NCBI GenBank assembly: GCA_964247135.1
Contig: CAXTTL010000016.1
Span: forward strand, 1 to 38,762
From: an uncultured Deinococcales bacterium
GTDB taxonomy: Bacteria > Deinococcota > Deinococci > Deinococcales > JAAFIG01
Length of the DNA: 38,762 bases
Direction of reading: 5' to 3'
Part shown: piece by piece, positions 17,872-27,073 of the stretch
How positions within the stretch are numbered: the first letter of the stretch is position 1
How the letters are laid out: the number at the start of each line of letters is the position of its first letter
Program-made: the position numbers and the translations under genes
The notes under the pieces: generated by a model
Seen by the model: the letters and a program-made list of their open reading frames with translations, nothing else
What the model was told of the DNA's origin: nothing
Databases searched by the model: none

Positions 17872-19170
17872 TTAAGAACCAAGCAACTCGAGCGTGACTT
17901 TTAAACCGTGCGGCACAACATTCTCGAGCAGCAAACGACCGCCGTGGGCTTTCATGATATTCTCCACCACCGCCAAACCCAAGCCGCTGCCGTAGGCTTT
18001 GGTGCCTGGAGCGCGGTAAAACGCCTCCGAGGCTCGGGTGAGGGCGGCGGGTTTGATGCCTGCGCCCGCGTCGGTCACGCTGAGCAAAACCTTGCCCGCG
18101 CCCTTCTCGAGCTTGACCGTGATTTCGCTGTTCGGCGCGTGTTTGATGGCGTTCTCCAACAAATTCTCGAGCGAGCGTTCCAGTAAGATTTGATTGCCCT
18201 GAACAAGCAGTGAATCCAAACCGATATAGCTCGCGCCGCGCGATTTGGCGATGGTTTTTGCCAAGTCTGCCAGGTCGATTGGACTGAGTTCGGCGCGTCC
18301 CTCACGCGCCAGCACCAACAGCGCCTGACTGAGTTTGGTCATGCGTTCGACCTGATCCCTGGCGGTCTCGAGCGCCTCATCGGCGGTCGCCCAACCTTCG
18401 CGCTGCGCGTCCAGTTGCGCCCGCATGGCGGTCAGTGGCGTGCGAAACTCGTGCGCGGCGGTGCGGGTAAACCCAATCTCGCGTTCCCTGAACCCTTGCA
18501 GCCGCTCGAGCATCTGGTTAAAGGTTTGACTCAAGCGCTCGAGTTCACCCTTGCCCTGACGGGCTGGCACGCGCTGCGTCAGGTCGCCAGAATCGGCAAC
18601 GTGCTGGGTTGCGCCAATTAAATTCTCGAGCGGCTGCAACGCGGCGGCACTGAACAACCAGGCGGCGAACGCGCCCAGCAAGGAAAAAAGCGGCACGGTC
18701 AAAAACAGTGATTGTAAATAATTTCGCACGCCGCGCTGCTGGTCTTCGAGGTTGATGACCGCCTCCAGGCGTAAGGACTCGCCCAAATCGCGGCTGGCGG
18801 CACGCCACTGACCGACGGTGAGCATGGAGTTTTTGGGAATTTGAATCTGGTCTGGAAATGCCTCTCCAACCGTGGCAATCGGAACATCATTTTGCAGCAA
18901 ACGCGCCCTCAACAACCGATTGCGCGTCTCGAGGTTGCGAAACATGATTGGGGGCGGCGCTGACTGGTTGTCGGCATGATCTCCAAAGCGTCCGCCTTTG
19001 GGTCCCATCATTGGACGGTGCGTGACATCATCAAAATAGTTTGACAGTGCCTGATCGACCTCGAGCAGCCCAAGGCGTTCAAAGCGCTTGTAACCCACGA
19101 CCCCCTGCGCCAAAACCGCCAGCGCAATCAAAACCCCAATGAACACGGCTAAACGAAGCCTTAAACTCAT
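17872..19170 (-). CDS. HAMP-domain sensor histidine kinase
   Basis: AAHEFRTPL, NLLENAIKH, DAGAG, GSGLGLAVV; ATGA overlap with the regulator. Confidence 0.93.
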   Translation of the reverse strand: MSLRLRLAVFIGVLIALAVLAQGVVGYKRFERLGLLEVDQALSNYFDDVTHRPMMGPKGGRFGDHADNQSAPPPIMFRNLETRNRLLRARLLQNDVPIATVGEAFPDQIQIPKNSMLTVGQWRAASRDLGESLRLEAVINLEDQQRGVRNYLQSLFLTVPLFSLLGAFAAWLFSAAALQPLENLIGATQHVADSGDLTQRVPARQGKGELERLSQTFNQMLERLQGFREREIGFTRTAAHEFRTPLTAMRAQLDAQREGWATADEALETARDQVERMTKLSQALLVLAREGRAELSPIDLADLAKTIAKSRGASYIGLDSLLVQGNQILLERSLENLLENAIKHAPNSEITVKLEKGAGKVLLSVTDAGAGIKPAALTRASEAFYRAPGTKAYGSGLGLAVVENIMKAHGGRLLLENVVPHGLKVTLELLGS

Positions 19171-19829
19171 GAAACCTCACCCATCTGATAACCGTTCTTG
19201 AAACTGCGCACCACGTCCGCCGCCAGTTTTTCACGAAGGCGGTACACGGTCACCTTGACCACGCTGACCGACGAGGCGGCTTCGCCCCAAACGGCATCGA
19301 GCAGTTCTTCGGCAGAAAAGATTCTGGACGGCGACAGCGCCAGACGCTCGAGCAACGAGAATTCTCGGGCGCTCAACTCGAGCCTGACCCCAGCCAGCCG
19401 CACCTCTTGGCGCGTCAAATCGATCTCGAGCGAACCGAATGTCAACTGGGTCGAACGCGTTTCGGTCGGGCGGCGCAACAACGCCCGCACCCGCGCCATG
19501 ACCTCGAGCAACTCGAAGGGTTTGACCACATAATCGTCGCCGCCGCCGTCCAAACCTTGCACCCTGTCGGAAAGCGTGTCCCTGGCGGTGAGAAACAAAA
19601 TACTGCCCTTAAAGCCTGCCGCTCGAGCCTCCTCTGCCAGCATGAAACCGCCATCCTCGTACTCGTGAAGGCGAACATCCAAAATCATCAAGTCCGATTC
19701 CACCTCGAGCATCAATTCGCGGGCGGATTCCACGTCCCCAGCCAGCCGCACCTCGAGTCCCTGGGCTTTTAAAGCCCGTTGCAAGGGCATGGCGATGGCA
19801 GGTTCATCTTCGACGAGTAAAACACGCAT
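19167..19829 (-). CDS. OmpR family response regulator
   Basis: MRVLLVEDE, ILDVRL, GGDDYVVKPF, VYRLREKL; leaderless-type TAGTCT 7 nt upstream. Confidence 0.94.
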   Translation of the reverse strand: MRVLLVEDEPAIAMPLQRALKAQGLEVRLAGDVESARELMLEVESDLMILDVRLHEYEDGGFMLAEEARAAGFKGSILFLTARDTLSDRVQGLDGGGDDYVVKPFELLEVMARVRALLRRPTETRSTQLTFGSLEIDLTRQEVRLAGVRLELSAREFSLLERLALSPSRIFSAEELLDAVWGEAASSVSVVKVTVYRLREKLAADVVRSFKNGYQMGEVS

Positions 19830-19852
19830 ACAATCCAGACTAACGCAAACTG

Positions 19853-19893
19853 GTAACACCCGAGTAACAACAGCGCTGTTACCGACCCGTTAC
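19853..19893. promoter_or_regulatory. Back-to-back OmpR-type direct-repeat pairs in a divergent promoter
   Basis: GTAAC at 19853 and 19864; GTTAC at 19878 and 19889 (11-bp period). Confidence 0.6.
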
Positions 19894-19951
19894 CAAAAAT
19901 CTTTAACCTTTTTTCAGTGCTCGAGCTTAACATCGAGCAAAGGAGGATTTT

Positions 19952-20716
19952 ATGAAGAAATTTGAAGTGCTAGAGGATCACGAAGACAACGACGACGAAA
20001 TGGTGGGAACGCTGATCTCGAGGCGCACCGCCCTGCGCTTGTTTGGCGGCGCGGCGGGTGCGGGAACCTTGCTGGCGGCGGGCAAACTGGCAGGCGCAAA
20101 CGCCCAGACCAGCAGCTCGAGTAGCGCCTTGCCATCCTGCATCGTGCGCCCCGCCATGACCGAAGGTCCGTACTTTGTGGATGAAAAACTCAACCGCAGC
20201 GACATTCGCAGCGACCCCGCCACCAAAAGCGTTCGACCTGGAGCAGCCTTGCGTTTGACCTTTCTGGTCTCGAGTGTCGGCAGCAAAGGTTGCGCCCCGT
20301 TAAAAGACGCGATGATCGATATTTGGCAGTGCGACGCCGCCGGCACGTACAGCGACGTTCAGGGTGCGGTGGGGCAAAAATTCTTGCGCGGCTATCAAAC
20401 CTCTGACGCCAAAGGAATCGCCTCGTTCTTGACGATTTACCCTGGCTGGTATCCAGGCAGAACCGTGCACATTCACTTCAAAATTCGCTACGGGACGGGC
20501 GGCAGCCAAAAAGAATTCACCTCGCAACTGTTCTTCGACGATACCTTCACCGACTCGGTCTTTAAGACCGCGCCTTACAACTCCAGGGGCGCACGCAACA
20601 CCCGCAATGCCGCCGACGGCATATACCGCAACGGCGGCAGCCAACTGCTCTTGGACACCAAAAAAGACGGCACAGGTTATGCCGCAACCTTCGACATCGG
20701 TCTGAACTTGGGCTAG
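19952..20716 (+). CDS. Tat-exported intradiol ring-cleavage dioxygenase-like protein
   Basis: SRRTALRLF, TEGPYF, DIWQCDAAGTYS, FLRGYQ, YPGWYPGRTVHIH; AGGAGG RBS. Confidence 0.88.
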   Translation: MKKFEVLEDHEDNDDEMVGTLISRRTALRLFGGAAGAGTLLAAGKLAGANAQTSSSSSALPSCIVRPAMTEGPYFVDEKLNRSDIRSDPATKSVRPGAALRLTFLVSSVGSKGCAPLKDAMIDIWQCDAAGTYSDVQGAVGQKFLRGYQTSDAKGIASFLTIYPGWYPGRTVHIHFKIRYGTGGSQKEFTSQLFFDDTFTDSVFKTAPYNSRGARNTRNAADGIYRNGGSQLLLDTKKDGTGYAATFDIGLNLG

Positions 20717-20742
20717 ATTTCAAAACTCGAGCAGCGAAAAAC

Positions 20743-20772
20743 GGAATGGCTTCAAACCCATTCCATTTTTTT
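20743..20772 (+). terminator. Rho-independent terminator
   Basis: GGAATGG-8 nt-CCATTCC-A-T tract. Confidence 0.65.
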
Positions 20773-20843
20773 GGTCGTCAAATCTCGAGGTTTATCCACG
20801 TTTAAAACAACGTCTTTTGATTTTGAGCCATTCAGAAATCTTG

Positions 20844-20882
20844 GTTACAACCTGGTAACAAGCCATGTAACCCAGCAGTTAC
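20844..20882 (+). promoter_or_regulatory. Phased GTWAC boxes upstream of the exported protein
   Basis: GTTAC 20844, GTAAC 20855, GTAAC 20867, GTTAC 20878. Confidence 0.55.
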
Positions 20883-20939
20883 CAGCTCGAGATACCTTAA
20901 AACCCATGAACGCCAGACCGCGTTCAAAAGGAGAACAAC

Positions 20940-21653
20940 ATGAACCAGAAATTGAAAATCGGACTCGCCTCCCTCGCCCTGATCGCAACACCACTGACCT
21001 ACAATTTGGTCATGGCACAGACAACGGGCACACCAAGTGCAGCCGCGCAAGCATTTGATTACTCAAAAATCTTTGTGCAAAAACTCGCGGCGGCATTGGG
21101 CATCGACCAAGCCAAGCTCGAGGCTGCCATCAAAACGGCTGGCAACGCCACCGTGGACGAGGCACTGAAAAACCAGAGCATCACCCAAGACCAAGCCACG
21201 CAAATGAAAGCTCGGGTTGCCAGCGGTGAATTCGGTGTTTGGGAACACGCTGGACGTGGCGGCATGATGGGCGGACGCGGTGGCGCTCCTGGCATGGGCA
21301 TGGGAGGACGCGACGGCGCCCCAGGCATGATGGGCGGCAAAATGGGCGCGGACATCAGCCAAATCGCGCTGCTCGAGAGTGCCGCAAAAGCCCTCAACCT
21401 CAGCATCACGCAGCTCGATACCGAACTTCGGGGCGGTAAAACCCTGACCGAAATTGCGACCGCCCAAAAAGTCAGCCTCGAGACGGTCAAAAACGCGGTG
21501 CTGGCAAGCCTCAAAACCCAGTTGGCAGCCGCCGTCAAAGCCGGCAGCCTGACCCAAGCCCAAAGTGACCAAATCTACAAGAATGCCGAAGCCGACACGA
21601 ATTTCGGCTTGCACTTCGGCGGGCGCGGAGGTGGTTTTGGACCAGGACGATAA
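20940..21653 (+). CDS. Exported helical protein with a Gly/Met-rich linker
   Basis: Signal peptide (VMA-Q), two similar helical halves (LAAALGIDQAKLEAA / AAKALNLSITQLDTE; ITQDQA / LTQAQS), GGMMGGRGGAPGMGM repeats. Confidence 0.8.
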   Translation: MNQKLKIGLASLALIATPLTYNLVMAQTTGTPSAAAQAFDYSKIFVQKLAAALGIDQAKLEAAIKTAGNATVDEALKNQSITQDQATQMKARVASGEFGVWEHAGRGGMMGGRGGAPGMGMGGRDGAPGMMGGKMGADISQIALLESAAKALNLSITQLDTELRGGKTLTEIATAQKVSLETVKNAVLASLKTQLAAAVKAGSLTQAQSDQIYKNAEADTNFGLHFGGRGGGFGPGR

Positions 21654-21683
21654 GCTTCAAATCTGAAGGACCCTCCTCCCCAG

Positions 21684-21716
21684 AATCCTCTCGAGCAATC
21701 CGCGAGAGGGTTTTTT
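21684..21716 (+). terminator. Rho-independent terminator
   Basis: AATCCTCTCG-9 nt-CGAGAGGGTT-TTTT. Confidence 0.7.
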
Positions 21717-21737
21717 GTGAAAACCCATGTCACGTTC

Positions 21738-21766
21738 TTGCACTTGTCAAAACCTTGTGCTATCCT
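21738..21766 (+). promoter_or_regulatory. tRNA promoter
   Basis: TTGCAC-17 bp-TATCCT with an extended -10 TG. Confidence 0.6.
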
Positions 21767-21801
21767 TTCTCGGCTTAGGGCATTGCTCGAGCATCCCAAG
21801 T

Positions 21802-21880
<79 letters not shown>

Positions 21881-21883
21881 AAT

Positions 21884-21913
21884 TCCCGCGTTGTTAACGC
21901 GGGATTTTCTTTT
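21884..21913 (+). terminator. tRNA terminator
   Basis: TCCCGCGTT-GTT-AACGCGGGA-TTTTCTTTT. Confidence 0.75.
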
Positions 21914-22034
21914 GTCTCGAGGTTCGCGGGATTTGAGGTTTTGCTTTTATCCGGCGCAATCCAGGCTTGAACAATCTTGTCAGTTGGGCAAAACAGCGAT
22001 TGCACTTGAACACCACGCAATGTCAAAATAGCAC

Positions 22035-22850
22035 ATGTCAGATTGGACGCGAACACTTTTTGACCGCGCCTACATCAAGTCCGAAGGCGCGGGGTTGCAC
22101 CTTCGGCTCACGCGCCACGAATGCCGTCTTGCCATCAAGTTGCTCGAGTTAAAACCAACAGATCAAATTCTGGATTTGGCGTGCGGGCATGGTCGGCACA
22201 GCCTCGAACTGGCAAGACAAGGTTTTGAACAGGTGACAGGTTTGGATGCGAGCGCTGTGGCAATCGAACAGGCTCGAGCTTCTGGGGTGGGTACAACTGT
22301 CAGGTTTGTTCTTGGTGACATGCGAACTTTGGGGTTTGATGCCGAATTTGATGCGGTTTTCAGTTTTTACAATTCAATTTTTTACTGGGACGATCAAACC
22401 CATTTGAATATTTTTCAAGGCATTTACAGGGCATTAAAACCTGGCGGACGCTTTTTGATGGATTCACACAATCCGTTTTTGATTGTCCATAACAAATTAT
22501 TGCAACAGCATCGGATTTTTGGGCGAATGTTGAGGGTTCGTCAACAATTGGGTAATTTAAAAGCCTGGTTTCGCCATGTTTTTCGCAACCCTGGTCAACC
22601 CAGAGCGTGGCACAAAACGATTGGACAGTTTGATCCAAGAACGGGCGTGATGCGTGGCATCAAACACTTTCATACCGGCACCGAGCACGAAACACACCCG
22701 CTCGAGTTGCGATTTTATACCTTTACCGAAGTCAAAAAATTACTCGAGCAAGCCGGTTTTGAGGTTAAAAGCGTTGTGTCTCATACGGGTGGTCCCTTTG
22801 TAGACAGTAGCCCTCGTTTTGTAGTGACGGCGCTCAAAAAGCAATCCTGA
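22035..22850 (+). CDS. Class I SAM-dependent methyltransferase
   Basis: ILDLACGHGRH, VTGLD, GDMR, FDAV, ALKPGGRF. Confidence 0.92.
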   Translation: MSDWTRTLFDRAYIKSEGAGLHLRLTRHECRLAIKLLELKPTDQILDLACGHGRHSLELARQGFEQVTGLDASAVAIEQARASGVGTTVRFVLGDMRTLGFDAEFDAVFSFYNSIFYWDDQTHLNIFQGIYRALKPGGRFLMDSHNPFLIVHNKLLQQHRIFGRMLRVRQQLGNLKAWFRHVFRNPGQPRAWHKTIGQFDPRTGVMRGIKHFHTGTEHETHPLELRFYTFTEVKKLLEQAGFEVKSVVSHTGGPFVDSSPRFVVTALKKQS

Positions 22851-22920
22851 ACGGCGGCTGAAGGGTGATTTTCCAACACTGTGCTAACATCTGTAGACTG
22901 TATTCAGTAGGGGGAATCTC

Positions 22921-23121
22921 ATGAACAACCAAATTCTTAACGTTCAAATACAAGCAGACAACCGCGCTGTTTACGTCAAACCAAGTCTCGAAAACCATCC
23001 AAGTTACAAGGCAATTACCGCAATCCTTGGTGGCAGTTTCAGACCAATTGGTGATCCAGTAAATATCATTTCTGACCCGGGTCTGGAATTGATTCCTGAT
23101 CCTGTTGACATCGGAATTTAA
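22921..23121 (+). CDS. 66-aa small protein, RiPP-precursor-like
   Basis: GGGGGA RBS, upstream TAGACT, downstream terminator; contains YVKPSL...T. Confidence 0.65.
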   Translation: MNNQILNVQIQADNRAVYVKPSLENHPSYKAITAILGGSFRPIGDPVNIISDPGLELIPDPVDIGI

Positions 23122-23142
23122 CAAAACCTACCCTCGAGGTTT

Positions 23143-23169
23143 GCGGCGAATTTAGGTTCGTCGTTTTTT
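23143..23169 (+). terminator. Putative terminator
   Basis: GCGGCGAA-TTTAGG-TTCGTCGT-TTTTT (with G:U pairs). Confidence 0.5.
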
Positions 23170-23206
23170 CTGGTTTCTCGAGGTGCAAAAGCGTGTAAAA
23201 TCGGGC

Positions 23207-23644
23207 ATGAAAACAACTTTTGAAACCACCGTCAAAGCCATCGGCAACAACACCGGCATCGAAGTTCCGACACAGAACATGAACCAGCTCGGACCATCAA
23301 AAAAACCTGCCGTCAAGGTCAACCTATCCGGTTACGAATACCAAAGCACCGTGGGGGTCATGGGCGGCAAATTCATGATTCCCCTCAGTGCCGCGCACAG
23401 GGCAGCCTCAAAGCTCAAGGGCGGCGATGCCATCACGGTCACGCTCGAGCTTGACCTCGAGCCGCGCGGGGTTGAACTGCCAGAGGATTTGGCGGCGGCG
23501 CTCAAAGCATCTGGTGTCACGGCAGCGTTTGAAAAATCCGCGCCCTCAAAACGCAAGGAATTCGTGCGTCAAGTATTGGAAGCCAAAACCGATGAAACCC
23601 GAGCACGCCGGATTGAAAAGGTTGTGGCGCAACTTAACGCTTGA
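23207..23644 (+). CDS. DUF1905 + YdeI/OmpD-associated domain protein
   Basis: NNTGIEVP, YQSTVGVMGG, PEDLAAAL, AKTDETRARRIEK; TAAAAT 5 nt before ATG 23207. Confidence 0.85.
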   Translation: MKTTFETTVKAIGNNTGIEVPTQNMNQLGPSKKPAVKVNLSGYEYQSTVGVMGGKFMIPLSAAHRAASKLKGGDAITVTLELDLEPRGVELPEDLAAALKASGVTAAFEKSAPSKRKEFVRQVLEAKTDETRARRIEKVVAQLNA

Positions 23645-23757
23645 TGGGTCCAAACTCACGGATTTTGATTTAAACTCGAGTCAGACGATTTGAGCTTTCG
23701 CATGACCATCTTGATACCAGATATTCTCGGTTTGTTCACCTTCCAGGGAGTAAACTG

Positions 23758-24612
23758 ATGCAACCCGTGGATTCCAGCCTCCCCAAACCCCAACCCGCCC
23801 CAAGCTTCAAGAAGCGTCTGGTCCAAATTGCCAGGGCGCTGACCAAACCATTGTACGGTCTGTACGAATTGCGACTCGAACGTGAAGTCCGCGCGGCGAG
23901 CTTGCCGCAGCACATCGGTCTTATTTTGGACGGCAACCGCCGTTTTGCCAAGGCGCTCGGGCTGGACGGCAAACTCGGTTACGATTTTGGCGTCGACAAA
24001 GCCCACGAGGTGCTGGGCTGGTGTCTCGAGCTTGGGATTCCTGCCGCGACCATTTGGGTGCTCTCCACCGACAACGTCACCAAACGCGACCCGTCTGAGG
24101 TCAAGCACTTGATGCACCTGTTTGAACGCGAGGCACGCAACCTCGCCAAAGACCCGAGGATTCACAACAACCACGTGCGCGTCAGGGCAATCGGACGCCA
24201 CGACCTGTTCCCAGAGGACGTGCTCGCCAGTTTGCGTGACCTCGAGACTGCGACCGAACATTATGAGGGCATGTTACTGAACATTGCCGTGGGTTACGGC
24301 GGGCGCGAAGAAATTGTTGACGCCGTGAAAAACCTGCTCTCGAGCGGTGCAAAAAACGGTGAGACGCTCGAGCAAATTGCACAAAACTTAACCCCCGAAT
24401 TGATCGGACAGCACTTGTACACGGCGGGCATTCCAGACCCAGATTTTATCATTCGCACCAGCGGCGAAGTGCGCCTGGGCGGCTTTTTACTCTGGCAGAG
24501 CGCCTACAGCGAATACTATTTTTGCGACGCCTACTGGCCCGATTTTCGCCGCATCGATTTCTTACGCGCCCTGCGAGCCTATTCCGCTCGAGAAATCCGC
24601 CTTGGGCAGTAA
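23758..24612 (+). CDS. cis-isoprenyl diphosphate synthase (UppS family; short-chain Rv1086-like subtype likely)
   Basis: PQHIGLILDGNRR, LSTDN, YGGREEI, PDFIIRTSGEVRLGGFLLWQSAYSE. Confidence 0.92.
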   Translation: MQPVDSSLPKPQPAPSFKKRLVQIARALTKPLYGLYELRLEREVRAASLPQHIGLILDGNRRFAKALGLDGKLGYDFGVDKAHEVLGWCLELGIPAATIWVLSTDNVTKRDPSEVKHLMHLFEREARNLAKDPRIHNNHVRVRAIGRHDLFPEDVLASLRDLETATEHYEGMLLNIAVGYGGREEIVDAVKNLLSSGAKNGETLEQIAQNLTPELIGQHLYTAGIPDPDFIIRTSGEVRLGGFLLWQSAYSEYYFCDAYWPDFRRIDFLRALRAYSAREIRLGQ

Positions 24613-24618
24613 GGGCAC

Positions 24619-25335
24619 ATGGCAACATTACTCAGCCTTGACTGGGATTATTTTTCGGGCAGCGCCGAACTCGTTTTCGATTCGCCATTCTGGGGAACGC
24701 GAGACACGGATTTTGACCGAACTGAAGCCTGGATATCTCGAGCTTTAAAGCGTGGGGGCTTTGGCTTTGAGGTCTTAAAAGAAGATTTTCCTCTGTTTGG
24801 AAATCCTCTTCAACTCAAGAAACTTTTCGATCTCCCCTGTTATGCCAGCGTAACCCACAGCGACGCTTACGCCCTGATAAAACATTTGGGCATCTCGAGC
24901 GTGCTGAATTTGGATTCGCACCACGATTTGTTTTCCTCGAGCGGCGATCCAACTCGGGTGCGTCCTGGAAATTGGGCTGGGCTGGCGCTCGAGCACGGTC
25001 TAATCTCGAGTTACACTTGTTTTTACCCCACTTGGCACGAGCATGTGCGGGTGACTGAAGGTTTTGATCTGGGTCGTACCAGGCTGGAGCTAAACGAACA
25101 ATTTGCCCGTAGGGGATGGTCTGAGACCATCCCCTACACTATCCCTTCCTTAGAACGTGGAATGCCAAATCTCGAGAAAACCGAATTTGACGCGGTGTTG
25201 TTGGTGCAAAGCCCTGCCTGGACCAATCCACTTTACGATGCTGTGTTCCTCGAGTTATGCCAAAAGCTCAACGCACAAAGCCTCGCGCCAGTTCTCGAGA
25301 GAGCCTTCAGACACGACATCAAGTCGGTGGTGTGA
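24619..25335 (+). CDS. Hypothetical protein, arginase/UPF0489-like metal motif
   Basis: LSLDWDYF, NLDSHHD, QSPAWT. Confidence 0.6.
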   Translation: MATLLSLDWDYFSGSAELVFDSPFWGTRDTDFDRTEAWISRALKRGGFGFEVLKEDFPLFGNPLQLKKLFDLPCYASVTHSDAYALIKHLGISSVLNLDSHHDLFSSSGDPTRVRPGNWAGLALEHGLISSYTCFYPTWHEHVRVTEGFDLGRTRLELNEQFARRGWSETIPYTIPSLERGMPNLEKTEFDAVLLVQSPAWTNPLYDAVFLELCQKLNAQSLAPVLERAFRHDIKSVV

Positions 25336-25370
25336 CATTCGCCAGACACGGCAAGGTTAAACTAAAATCA

Positions 25371-26132
25371 ATGCCTTGGATTTCTTTTGACCTCGATGGA
25401 ACAATCTGCGACTGGCCCTTCAACAAAGCCGTTTTTATCCCAATGCGCTCGCACCTCGAGCCGTTTGTTCTCGAAGCCATGCGCCAAGAGTATTTCAATC
25501 GTTTAGGCTCGAGCGATCCGGTGAATGCTTTTGACTGGGACGGGATTCATGATCTGACCGCAGAGCAATACGGTTTGCCCATTTTTGAACCAATTCTCGA
25601 GTTTGCCGCGAAAGTGGATTTCCACCCCGAATTGGTGTACGCCGACACGCAACCCGCGCTCGAGAAATTACGCGCAAAAGGTTGGAAGATTGCCTGTGGC
25701 ACGAACGGTTACGCCAAATATCAGGGTTATGCGCTGACGCGTTTGGGGGTTCTAGCCGATGCCTTCATTGCGCCCGATACGGTCAACGCCTGCAAACCTC
25801 AAGCCGAGTTTTTAAATCGCTTGCCAGAGTTAACGGGCGATCAAACCGCGCTCGAGGGTCTGGTTCATGTTGGGGATTTGCTGACCCAGGATGTCCTCGC
25901 CGCAAACCGCGTGGGCGCGAAAGCCGCCTGGGTTTGGCGCGAAATGCCCGAGTTCATGCGTGAGATTCCGGTGCTCGAGCGAAACCAAAATCACGGGGTT
26001 CAAGCCGCGATTCTCGAGCAAACCGCGCACGAATTTGTCCACAACGGCAAGCTCGGCTCGAGCTATGAGGATTTGCCGCCAAAGCCAGATTTTGTGGTGG
26101 CGGACTTGCTCGAGCTGGTCAGTGTGCTTTAA
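25371..26132 (+). CDS. HAD family hydrolase
   Basis: FDLDGT, TNG, KP, HVGDLLTQD; TAAACT 7 nt before ATG 25371. Confidence 0.9.
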   Translation: MPWISFDLDGTICDWPFNKAVFIPMRSHLEPFVLEAMRQEYFNRLGSSDPVNAFDWDGIHDLTAEQYGLPIFEPILEFAAKVDFHPELVYADTQPALEKLRAKGWKIACGTNGYAKYQGYALTRLGVLADAFIAPDTVNACKPQAEFLNRLPELTGDQTALEGLVHVGDLLTQDVLAANRVGAKAAWVWREMPEFMREIPVLERNQNHGVQAAILEQTAHEFVHNGKLGSSYEDLPPKPDFVVADLLELVSVL

Positions 26133-26142
26133 AGCTCGAGTT

Positions 26143-26970
26143 TTAGTTTGGCAACAGCTCGAGCACCACAAGCTCGGCGGGGCAAAAGGTGCGAATTGGA
26201 ATGCCGGTCGTTCCCAAACCTCGAGAGACAAATGCGGTGCTTGCCTCTTTGACAAAACCCATCTGGTAGCGTTCGCCGTACTTGGAAATGCACGCCAAAC
26301 CCTGCCCGAACGGCGCTCGAACTTGACCGCCGTGCGTGTGTCCCGAAAGCATCAAACCGACCCGAGCCGGGACTTTGGGCAGAATGTCGGGGTTGTGCGA
26401 AAGGAGCATCAACGCCGTGTCGGGGGCAGCATTTTGAATGGCTCGAGCGACCCGCACCGTTCCTGCCCAGTAATCGTCCACGCCCGCCAAAAAGAAATCT
26501 GAACGCAAAGCCACACCTTGGTTGACCAGGTATTTTATTCCCACCCGCTCGAGCTGGGCGATCAGTATTTTGGCGTCAAATCTTGCGCCCGAAGGGTAAT
26601 AGTAATCGTGGTTGCCGAGCGTGGCAAAAACCCCGAGCGGTGCGTGTAGCCTTCCAAGCTCGAGCGCCAGAGACTCGAGTTTTTTTGCGGTTACGGCATG
26701 ATCGATAATGTCGCCCGTAATCACGATCAAATCGGGTTTCTCGAGGTTGGCGGCACCCACCCAAGCGCGGACTTCGCGTTCAAACATAAATTTGCCAAAG
26801 TGCAAATCGGTCATCTGCACCACCTTTAAGGGCGCTTGGAGATGCGGCATGTTGAAGCGGTGTTTGGAGATTTCAAACGAGTACGCCGACGCCCAGCCGT
26901 AACCACCTGCCAAAAACGGTGCGGCAACAAGGCTCGAGAGTGCGGTTTTTAAAAAACTCCTGCGTTTCAC
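26143..26970 (-). CDS. Tat-exported metallophosphoesterase (YkuE-like)
   Basis: KRRSFLK, TDLH, TGD, GNHD, SHNPD, SGHTHGGQ. Confidence 0.92.
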   Translation of the reverse strand: MKRRSFLKTALSSLVAAPFLAGGYGWASAYSFEISKHRFNMPHLQAPLKVVQMTDLHFGKFMFEREVRAWVGAANLEKPDLIVITGDIIDHAVTAKKLESLALELGRLHAPLGVFATLGNHDYYYPSGARFDAKILIAQLERVGIKYLVNQGVALRSDFFLAGVDDYWAGTVRVARAIQNAAPDTALMLLSHNPDILPKVPARVGLMLSGHTHGGQVRAPFGQGLACISKYGERYQMGFVKEASTAFVSRGLGTTGIPIRTFCPAELVVLELLPN

Positions 26971-27073
26971 GGCTCGAGTTTATAAAACCGTACATGAGAA
27001 TAAGCTCATGCGGTTTGAGAACTTTGAAATCAGCAAACTGCAATAGTCGAGATTTCATCCCGAGAACGATAAT

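Noticed and set aside
21255-21345. GGCATGATGGGCGG-type DNA repeats
   Set aside because: Explained by the Gly/Met low-complexity protein linker.
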